From: Flavobacteriales bacterium
Lineage (GTDB): Bacteria > Bacteroidota > Bacteroidia > NS11-12g > UBA955
Direction: 5' to 3'
Assembly (NCBI GenBank): GCA_947463125.1
Contig: CANHQZ010000008.1
Span: 1,243 to 65,242 of the forward strand
Length of the DNA stretch: 64,000 nt
This document shows, one piece after another, positions 56,274 to 64,000 of this stretch (position 1 is its first letter; each line of letters starts with the position of its first letter). A model generated the notes under the pieces. The model was not told the DNA's origin. It made no database searches and was given only the letters and a program-made list of their open reading frames with translations. The position numbers were made by a program, and so were the translations under genes.

Positions 56274-57461
56274 ATGAAACGAAATACCCTTCTTATTATC
56301 CTATCCCTTTCAGCTGCTGTTATCATCGTGGTTTCTTCCTGCCGCAAAACCCCTTCAACAGATGACAAAAAACCCACGGCTGTTGAAAGCACGTTTAAGG
56401 GAAAAATTGACATCCATAATCCTCTGAACTATGCAACCCAGTTCATTCCGGGTTACATCACCAAATCCAATGGCATGTCCAATCCCATCAGCGACAAGGG
56501 CGCCACACTGGGCAGGGTGTTGTTTTATGACAAACAACTTTCGGTTAACAATACCATTTCCTGCGGTAGCTGCCACCGGCAGGAATTTGCCTTTAGCGAC
56601 ACTGCAGTAGCCAGTGCAGGGGTGAACGGAAAAACGGGCAGACACAGCATGCGGCTCATCAATGCCCGTTTTGGCCAGGAAGTGAAGTTCTTTTGGGATG
56701 AGCGCGCCAATACACTCGAGGAACAGACCACCCAACCCATTCAGGATCACGCCGAAATGGGGTACAGCGGACAAAACGGAGACCCCGGAATAGCCGATCT
56801 GATTGCCAAAATGAAAAGTATCGGATATTACAGGGAACTCTTTACATGGGTATACGGCAGCGAAGAAATTACCGAACAAAAAATACAATTGGCACTGGCA
56901 CAGTTTATTCGCAGCATAGTTTCCTTCGACAGCAAATACGATGCAGGTCGTAGTCTGGTAGCCAATGATGGTGCACCTTTCCCAAATTTTACCGCGCAGG
57001 AAAACAATGGAAAAAACTTATTTCTGGCCCCACCCACATTTGACCCTATGGGCGTGCGCACCGGCGGTGGTTTAGGCTGCGGCGGTTGTCACCGTGCACC
57101 TGAATTTGATATCGACCCCAACAGCCGCAGCAACGGTATTGGCGGGAGTATCAATGGCGGTCCAGATTTTACGGTAACAAGATCCCCCTCACTCAGAGAC
57201 CTTATCAATTCAAAAGGAAATATCAACGGCCCTATGATGCATACAGGCATTATCAAAGATTTGCAAGCTTCCGTTGGTCACTACGGAAATCTGATAAATG
57301 CTGCCATCAATAATCCAAACCTGGATCCCAGGCTAAAACCGGGCGGAAGAGGCCAGCAGCTAAACCTCAACGCAACTGAAGTGAATGCCGTTATCGCTTT
57401 CCTGAAAACCCTTTCCGGTACAGATGTATATACCAATGAAAAGTGGAGCAATCCGTTCTAA
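56274..57461 (+). CDS. Di-haem cytochrome c peroxidase family lipoprotein
   Basis: Lipobox VSSC; LGRVLFYD, CGSCH, FFWDER, CGGCH, SPSLRDL, MMHTG and FLKTLS motifs. Confidence 0.92.
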   Translation: MKRNTLLIILSLSAAVIIVVSSCRKTPSTDDKKPTAVESTFKGKIDIHNPLNYATQFIPGYITKSNGMSNPISDKGATLGRVLFYDKQLSVNNTISCGSCHRQEFAFSDTAVASAGVNGKTGRHSMRLINARFGQEVKFFWDERANTLEEQTTQPIQDHAEMGYSGQNGDPGIADLIAKMKSIGYYRELFTWVYGSEEITEQKIQLALAQFIRSIVSFDSKYDAGRSLVANDGAPFPNFTAQENNGKNLFLAPPTFDPMGVRTGGGLGCGGCHRAPEFDIDPNSRSNGIGGSINGGPDFTVTRSPSLRDLINSKGNINGPMMHTGIIKDLQASVGHYGNLINAAINNPNLDPRLKPGGRGQQLNLNATEVNAVIAFLKTLSGTDVYTNEKWSNPF

Positions 57462-57636
57462 TGGGGTGTAATACACCTTATAAAACTTACCCGGAACAAT
57501 AGTTTATTCCGGTGATTTAAGAAATATTTTAGTCCGCGGACTCATAAAATCGAAGCAACTCGGTTAGGGTAGTTTATACATTTAATTCCTAAATTCGTTT
57601 TGACGGTATGCTTCTCGTCAACAAAACCACAACCAA

Positions 57637-58353
57637 ATGAATAAACCCCAATCTCTCAACATAGATAACTATTTAACCCCGCACTACATTCACCGCAGCA
57701 ACTGGCTGAGAGCGGCGGTGCTGGGCGCGAATGACGGGATTATTTCCATTTCCAGCCTGGCCATCGGTGTGGCTTCCGCAGGAACAGAAAGAGATCCCAT
57801 TTTGCTGGCCACGGTGGCCGGTCTGGTGGCCGGAGCTTTGTCCATGGCAGCGGGCGAATACGTTTCGGTAAGTTCCCAAACCGATGTAGAGAAAGCCGAT
57901 ATCGAAAGGGAAAAACGGGAACTGGAAGAAATGCCGGAGGCAGAAATGCAGATTCTGGCGCAGATATATGAAAAACGTGGACTTTCGAGTGAAACAGCCC
58001 AACAAGTTGCCAAAGAACTTACAGAGGCAGATGCGCTGGGAGCACACATGCGCGATGAACTGGGCCTTAATGAGGTGAGCCAGGCCAAGCCCATTCAGGC
58101 AGCCTTGGCCTCGGGACTGGCATTCTCTGCAGGCGGAATTTTACCGCTGCTGGTAACCTTTCTGGCGCCCGTAAAAGGCATGGAATATTTCCTGTATGGA
58201 TTTACCATTGTTTCGCTGATTGTACTGGGCACAGTTTCAGCTAAAGCCGGAGGCTCAAGCGTGGCAAAAGCCATCGCCAGAATCGTTATCTGGGGAACGC
58301 TGGCCATGGGAATTTCGGGGCTGGTGGGGTATTTGTTTGGGGTGAATGTGTAA
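57637..58353 (+). CDS. VIT1/CCC1 family Fe/Mn transporter
   Basis: LRAAVLGANDG, AGALSMAAGEYVSVSSQ and HMRDELG motifs. Confidence 0.95.
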   Translation: MNKPQSLNIDNYLTPHYIHRSNWLRAAVLGANDGIISISSLAIGVASAGTERDPILLATVAGLVAGALSMAAGEYVSVSSQTDVEKADIEREKRELEEMPEAEMQILAQIYEKRGLSSETAQQVAKELTEADALGAHMRDELGLNEVSQAKPIQAALASGLAFSAGGILPLLVTFLAPVKGMEYFLYGFTIVSLIVLGTVSAKAGGSSVAKAIARIVIWGTLAMGISGLVGYLFGVNV

Positions 58354-58419
58354 GTTAATCACCCGGCATACTCATTTGGATGAAAGATTGTATTATTGAA
58401 TAATTAAAAATAAACAAAT

Positions 58420-59517
58420 ATGAAAAGGCTAAAATTTACCCGGGATGAGGGCAGTGCTTTTTATAAGGAATTAACAGAAAATATAGAAAAATATTTTACA
58501 GAAAAAGGAATTGAAAAAACAGGCAATTCCACTATGCTTTTTAAAATATTTCTCTATTTTGGTCTGGATATTTTATTCTATATTTTGATGATGAAAAGCT
58601 CCACCCCGGCGGAGTTTTATGCTTATTATCTTCTGATGGGCCTGTCTGTATTGCTCACCGCTTTCAACATCTCACACGATGCTGCACACGGGGTGGCCGT
58701 AAAAAGCAAGTTCTGGAATAAGGTACTGTTTTCACTCAGCTTCAACTTGCAAGGTAACAATGCCTATGTATGGGGTAAAAACCATAACGAATCGCACCAC
58801 TTATACACCAATATTGAAGGCAGTGATATTGATGTACTGAACAATCCGCTGTTTAGAATGACTGCAACCCAGCCCGCAAAATGGTTTCACCGCTATCAGT
58901 ATATATATGCGCCTGTGCTGTATTTGTTTTATTCACTAAACTGGTTTTTTATGCGCGACACCCTCATGCTATTCAATTACAGCAGCCGCACCATCAGCAT
59001 AAAAATTCCATTGAATGAAATTATTAAACTGATTTTTTTTAAATTTTTTTATATCGCCTATATGATTGTTTTACCCGCTATATTGTTGCCTTTTGGCTGG
59101 GGTGTGGTTTTGTGGGCATTTTTGCTGAATCATTTCATGGTTTCAATTATTTTTATTGGTGTTTTGGGTGTTTCTCATCTATCCGATTATGTAGCGCATC
59201 CTACACCCGATGAGAACCGTAAATTGTCAATGAGCTGGCCAAAACTACAAATGTGCACATCGGTGGATTACAATCCTGCAAGCGTGTTTTTTAACTGGAC
59301 ACTGGGTGGTTTTAATGCACATGCGCTTCACCATTTACTGCCTAATATTTCGCACGTACATTACCTCGATATTCTACCCATTTTCAGGGATACGGCTAAA
59401 AAACACGGAATAAAATACATGGAAATGCCTTATGCTGCCTCACTGGCATCACATTTTCGTTTTTTGAAACAGATGGGCGCTGAAACAAATTATTCTCCAA
59501 AACCCTATGAGGGATAA
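58420..59517 (+). CDS. Membrane fatty acid desaturase
   Basis: His boxes HDAAH, HNESHH and HALHHL; YTNIEGSDID; multiple TM helices. Confidence 0.9.
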   Translation: MKRLKFTRDEGSAFYKELTENIEKYFTEKGIEKTGNSTMLFKIFLYFGLDILFYILMMKSSTPAEFYAYYLLMGLSVLLTAFNISHDAAHGVAVKSKFWNKVLFSLSFNLQGNNAYVWGKNHNESHHLYTNIEGSDIDVLNNPLFRMTATQPAKWFHRYQYIYAPVLYLFYSLNWFFMRDTLMLFNYSSRTISIKIPLNEIIKLIFFKFFYIAYMIVLPAILLPFGWGVVLWAFLLNHFMVSIIFIGVLGVSHLSDYVAHPTPDENRKLSMSWPKLQMCTSVDYNPASVFFNWTLGGFNAHALHHLLPNISHVHYLDILPIFRDTAKKHGIKYMEMPYAASLASHFRFLKQMGAETNYSPKPYEG

Positions 59518-60568
59518 ACACATTCAAATACCCGCAGATGCTGAGCTTCTGAAATTACTGAACCGCAAGGTTGGTGAGGAACTTAATTTGGGTAAAAACC
59601 GGGTACAAATTCTGCTTTGGATAAAATTTATTTTTTATTTCGGCACATCGGTTTTTTTGTACTATTCATTATACCACATAACTAACCCGGTTTATTTTAT
59701 ACTTTGTTTTATTGCCTACGGTTTTATTTCCTTATTATTTGCCTTCAATTTTGCGCATGATTTTTCACACAATGCCATTTTTAAAAGCAAGTGGCTTAAC
59801 AATCTGTCCTATTCCATCATCTATACTTTAAAAGGGGCTCATGCCGAGGCATGGAAAAAAAGGCATATTCATTCACACCATTACGCACCCAATGTGGAGG
59901 CATATGATTCTGATTTAAAAATTGCAAAATTTATCCGAGTTACGCCCGGCAGTGAACAAAAATGGTATCACCGTTTTCAGCATATTTATGCGCCTTTTGC
60001 ATACACCACCTATTCCCTTTTCTGGGTATTTATAAAGGATTTTATCATATTATATTCTGATGATGAGTTCACAGAAAAAGAAGAAAAAGGATTTACGTAT
60101 CACCTCTCTTTTTGGATACAAAAATTAGTATATATATGTTATTTGCTGGTTTTTCCTGTTTTGTTTTCTGCAATGAACTGGCCTTGGGTAATTGCAGGAT
60201 TTTTATGCATGCATCTGGCTCAGTCCCTGTTTTTGTTGTTTACTTTTTTTATGACGCACCATGTAGAATCCACCGCCTATCCCACCACCGATGAACAGGG
60301 TTACATCAACACATCCTGGGTATTGAATCAGATTCGCAGCTCCAACGACATGCACCCGTTCAGCCCCATTGCCAATTTTATTTTAGGCGGATTTAACAAC
60401 CATATTGCACACCATTTATTTCCACACTATCATCACATATACTATCCGACAATCAATAAAATTATTTACCGCGTTTTGCGCGAACACAACATAGAACCAA
60501 ACCAAACCAGCTACTGGGGCGGAATTGTTTCGCATTTGCGCCTGCTAAGGCACATGGGCGGTGATTGA
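59507..60568 (+). CDS. Membrane fatty acid desaturase (tandem paralogue)
   Basis: His boxes HDFSH, HIHSHH and HIAHHLF; overlaps the upstream desaturase by 11 nt. Confidence 0.9.
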   Translation: MRDKHIQIPADAELLKLLNRKVGEELNLGKNRVQILLWIKFIFYFGTSVFLYYSLYHITNPVYFILCFIAYGFISLLFAFNFAHDFSHNAIFKSKWLNNLSYSIIYTLKGAHAEAWKKRHIHSHHYAPNVEAYDSDLKIAKFIRVTPGSEQKWYHRFQHIYAPFAYTTYSLFWVFIKDFIILYSDDEFTEKEEKGFTYHLSFWIQKLVYICYLLVFPVLFSAMNWPWVIAGFLCMHLAQSLFLLFTFFMTHHVESTAYPTTDEQGYINTSWVLNQIRSSNDMHPFSPIANFILGGFNNHIAHHLFPHYHHIYYPTINKIIYRVLREHNIEPNQTSYWGGIVSHLRLLRHMGGD

Positions 60569-60788
60569 GCTATGCTTTTGCTACCTTTTTAGCACCTTAA
60601 ATGCCATATTCCTTCCATGCCCCTGCATGATGGCGAGGTTAATCCATCTGAGGGCGAATTTTTCCAGCAGTTCTACTGTATCGAATTGGCCAATATTCAT
60701 ACAAAATAAACTCTTGCTGTTGCCTGAAAATCCATAAGACCATTAAACCTGAATAGGACTATCACATCTAATTCAGTAACATTGTAAC

Positions 60789-61646
60789 GTGAAACACCTG
60801 ATTATTGGCTTATTCCTATTGTTCGGCGCTACTGCCGCATGCAAGAAAAAACATCACCATACCGACCCCGTCATCAACGACAGCGCCTATCAAATTACCA
60901 AAACCATTATTGGCGACAGCCTTTCCGTGGAGGTGGTGATAGACAAACCCAAAGGCACTTCCTTTGACGTGCTGATGGTGTTTCACGGCACCGTAAGCTA
61001 TGACAGTTTGATATTGGATGCTGCCTATAATACCCTTGACGGCTTCAAACTCATACTGGACCGCAAGGACATGATGATCGTGAGTGTGGCCTACCCTGAA
61101 GAGAATTTGCTGTTTGGCGACAATGTAAAACATGCCGAAGCCGCGTTGCTCTGGGTTAAAAACAAAGCCGCTGCAGAACTGGGTATTCAAATAAAAAAAG
61201 TTTTTCTCGCAGGCCATTCGCAGGGCGGCTATGTGGTCACCCGCTTGAATACGATGCACGAAACCAATGGTGTCATTGCCAATGCTCCTGGTCCGCTGAA
61301 CCTGGTATTTCGCTGCCAGCTGGAGGAAGAAGGAAAAATTGCTGCCGGTGCGGTCTGCAATCTGCTGAAAACCAAATACGGCACCACCACCGTCAATCCG
61401 GCTGCCTACCAGGCGCGATCATTGCTGAAATTCACCACCGGATTTAAATCGGATATTCTGTTTGTGCAGGGGCTGGATGACACGCCCATTCAAATGACTT
61501 CATGGCCATTGTTTAAGCAAAAAGTAACAGAATGCACCGACTGCAAACAAGTGAAGGTGCATGAGGTTGCCGGTTTTGGGCATCAGTCGCTGTTTGAAAA
61601 CGCGGGTGCCAAGGCGGAATTTAATAAATTTATCGCGGAGCGGTAA
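60789..61646 (+). CDS. Alpha/beta hydrolase lipoprotein
   Basis: Lipobox AAAC; VFHG, GHSQGG nucleophile elbow, QGLDD and GFGHQ. Confidence 0.85.
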   Translation: MKHLIIGLFLLFGATAACKKKHHHTDPVINDSAYQITKTIIGDSLSVEVVIDKPKGTSFDVLMVFHGTVSYDSLILDAAYNTLDGFKLILDRKDMMIVSVAYPEENLLFGDNVKHAEAALLWVKNKAAAELGIQIKKVFLAGHSQGGYVVTRLNTMHETNGVIANAPGPLNLVFRCQLEEEGKIAAGAVCNLLKTKYGTTTVNPAAYQARSLLKFTTGFKSDILFVQGLDDTPIQMTSWPLFKQKVTECTDCKQVKVHEVAGFGHQSLFENAGAKAEFNKFIAER

Positions 61647-61767
61647 CATTCCTTACAGCACAAATACGCCATTCCAAACCAAGGATTTACTGCCATTTTC
61701 GGAGGCTGTTTCCTCCGTTATAGCCACAAAATACGCACCGTTAAAATTTCACTAACTTTGCAGTTCT

Positions 61768-63237
61768 ATGTCAGGCCTGCAGCTATACAACACCTTCGCA
61801 CGTAAAACAGAAACATTTACCCCGATTCACAAACAGCATGTAGGCCTGTATGTGTGTGGTCCTACCGTGTATGGCCCCCCGCACATGGGACATGTACGTG
61901 GTCCGGTGGTTTTTGATGTATTGCGCCGCTACCTGGAGTTTCTGGGCTACAAAGTTCGTCACGTGCGCAACATCACCGATGTGGGCCACCTGGTAGGCGA
62001 TGGTGATGAAGGTGAAGATAAACTGAGCAAACAGGCCCGGCTGGAACAAACCGAGCCCATGGAGATAGCACAGGCCTATACCGTGGCCTACAATGAAATG
62101 TGCCGGATCATGAATGTGCTGCCGCCCAACATAGAACCCCGTGCCAGCGGCCATATCATTGAGCAGATCGAAATGATTCAGTCCATCATACAGGCCGGAC
62201 TTGCCTATGAAGTCAACGGCAGCGTGTATTTTGATGTGCTGGCATACGCAAAAAGCAACGATTACGGCAAGCTCAGCGGACGCATTCTGGAAGATTTGAT
62301 TGCGGGAGCAGGCAATGAAGCGCGGGAACTCGAGGGACAGGAAGAAAAGCGAAACCCAAACGATTTCGCCCTTTGGAAAAAAGCCGCACCCGAACATATC
62401 ATGCAGTGGAGCAGCCCCTGGGGTAAAGGATATCCCGGCTGGCACATCGAATGTTCAGCCATGAGCCGAAAATACCTGGGAGATGTATTTGATATTCACG
62501 GTGGTGGCATGGACCTGCTTTTCCCGCACCATGAAAGCGAAATCGCGCAGAGCACGGCCTGCACAGGCCATAACCCTGCAAGGTTTTGGGTGCACCACAA
62601 CATGATTACCATTAATGGGCAAAAAATGGCCAAAAGCCTGAACAACGGCATCCTCGCCGATGAATTGTTCACCGGCAAGCATCCCCTGCTGGCCCAGGCC
62701 TACAGCCCCATGACCATTCGCTTTTTTATTCTGCAGGCACACTACCGCGGCACTCTCGATTTCAGCAACGAGGCGCTGCAGGCAGCAGAAAAAGGTTTGC
62801 AGCGATTGTGGAACGCCGCTGAAACCGCGGGCAAACTGCCGGTTTCGGATGTTTCTGAATACAACATTGCCGATATTGAAGATGCGTGCCGCAAAAGCAT
62901 GAACGATGACCTCAATACACCACAGGTGATTGCACACCTTTTTGAGGCCGTAAGAATCTGCAATTCGGTGGCCGATGGCAAAATGAAACTGGATCAAGGC
63001 AATGTTGATTCACTGAACACGCTGTTCAGCACCTGGCTATCACGCATATTGGGCATACAGCCCGAAAAAGAAACCAACGATGCCGCCCTGGACGGGGTGA
63101 TGCAAATGTTGCTGGAAATGCGTGCCCAGGCCAAAGCAGATAAAAACTATGCCCTGAGCGATGAAATACGCAACAAGCTTACCGCGCTGGGTTTTTCAAT
63201 TAAGGACGGCAAAGAGGGCAGCAGCTGGAGTTTGTAA
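61768..63237 (+). CDS. cysS: Cysteine--tRNA ligase
   Basis: [43 protein letters not shown] and KMAKS motifs. Confidence 0.98.
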   Translation: MSGLQLYNTFARKTETFTPIHKQHVGLYVCGPTVYGPPHMGHVRGPVVFDVLRRYLEFLGYKVRHVRNITDVGHLVGDGDEGEDKLSKQARLEQTEPMEIAQAYTVAYNEMCRIMNVLPPNIEPRASGHIIEQIEMIQSIIQAGLAYEVNGSVYFDVLAYAKSNDYGKLSGRILEDLIAGAGNEARELEGQEEKRNPNDFALWKKAAPEHIMQWSSPWGKGYPGWHIECSAMSRKYLGDVFDIHGGGMDLLFPHHESEIAQSTACTGHNPARFWVHHNMITINGQKMAKSLNNGILADELFTGKHPLLAQAYSPMTIRFFILQAHYRGTLDFSNEALQAAEKGLQRLWNAAETAGKLPVSDVSEYNIADIEDACRKSMNDDLNTPQVIAHLFEAVRICNSVADGKMKLDQGNVDSLNTLFSTWLSRILGIQPEKETNDAALDGVMQMLLEMRAQAKADKNYALSDEIRNKLTALGFSIKDGKEGSSWSL

Positions 63238-63243
63238 TATCCC

Positions 63244-63828
63244 ATGAAACTGAGTATTGATTTACAGTGTGCATCGCCCAAAGCCTGGGCAGATGCTGTA
63301 ATGGCTGATTTTGATACCTTCCTGCAGGACCATGCTGATTGCGAACGCAAAGCCAATGGCATGATGATGAGCATGGTGGCAAAATATCCCGACAGGGTTG
63401 AGATTATACCGCTGCTGATTGAAACGGCACTCGAAGAACTGGAACATTTCCGCGATGTATATGATCTGATGCAAAGCCGCGGACTGAAACTGGAGAATCC
63501 GTTTGAAGAAGACCCCTACATCAAAGGGCTGATGAACTTTGTCCGCCCGGGCAGAGACGAACGCTTTCTGGACAGGCTGCTGCTGGCATCATTGTTTGAA
63601 ACCCGCGGAGCAGAACGTTTCAAGCTCATCTGGGAGCGTCTTCCGGACGGAGATCCTAAAAAATTCTATCACCGCCTATGGGCCTGCGAAGCCAAACACG
63701 CGCACATTTTTGTGAAAATGGCACTGCATTATTTTGATGAAAAAACAGTGTATGACCGACTGCAGGCTTTTGCCGCAGAGGAAGCGCGTATTGTCATGAA
63801 CATGCCCATCAGGGCTGCGCTGCATTGA
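63244..63828 (+). CDS. miaE: tRNA-(ms2io6A) hydroxylase family (ferritin-like di-iron)
   Basis: DHADCERKA, EELEHF, DRLL.ASLFETRGAERF, EAKH and C-terminal ALH. Confidence 0.85.
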   Translation: MKLSIDLQCASPKAWADAVMADFDTFLQDHADCERKANGMMMSMVAKYPDRVEIIPLLIETALEELEHFRDVYDLMQSRGLKLENPFEEDPYIKGLMNFVRPGRDERFLDRLLLASLFETRGAERFKLIWERLPDGDPKKFYHRLWACEAKHAHIFVKMALHYFDEKTVYDRLQAFAAEEARIVMNMPIRAALH

Positions 63829-64000
63829 TAGGATTGGGCTAAACTCAGGCGGGTTTTCTTGGCCCATTCTACCCTCTTTGTGCTTTTTACGCCGTAAAAT
63901 AGTACAAGGCAATGTGTGAATCCGTAACCACATCCGATGAAATATGGTCTACATCTGTCAGTCGGGTAGCATCAAAATGATATCCCATGTAAGTCAGTGC

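Noticed and set aside
60581-60700. 39-aa minus-strand ORF (MNIGQFDTVELLEKFALRW...)
   Set aside because: No motif, TM segment or TAnnTTTG box supports it; it may be chance or a gene fragment.
58420-61646. Polyyne-type biosynthetic cluster (desaturases plus hydrolase)
   Set aside because: No fatty acyl-AMP ligase, ACP or rubredoxin is adjacent, and the hydrolase is an exported lipoprotein rather than a cytoplasmic thioesterase.

Overview
64 kb of a Bacteroidota chromosome. The assignment rests on T9SS-type C-terminal sorting domains, a DUF6089-uppS-bamA locus and TAnnTTTG -7 promoter boxes. Most of the window is densely packed housekeeping and envelope genes (hup, bamA, uppS, dut, fused 2-oxoacid dehydrogenase E1, rfbA, tyrS, gap, pyrF, galE, cysS, miaE), five T9SS cargo proteins, an MbnP/MbnH-type pair, three desaturases and a RelE-type toxin-antitoxin pair. 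The best candidate for an undescribed system lies in an AT-rich island at about 21.0-25.7 kb, bounded by a decayed IS200-type transposase and a cluster of REP-like palindromes. It is a tightly coupled two-gene operon: a MazG-like nucleotide pyrophosphatase, then a three-domain GIY-YIG nuclease / DUF2075 helicase-like ATPase / LexA-type S24 autopeptidase protein that keeps the Ala-Gly site and Ser-Lys dyad. I infer a possible proteolysis-switched anti-phage module. I also found three small ORFs below the ORF-track cutoff, near-leaderless promoter spacing, a probable non-AUG start, and a repeat-rich scar downstream of bamA. I saw no rRNA, tRNA or CRISPR array. All calls come from reading motifs by eye; no database searches were run.
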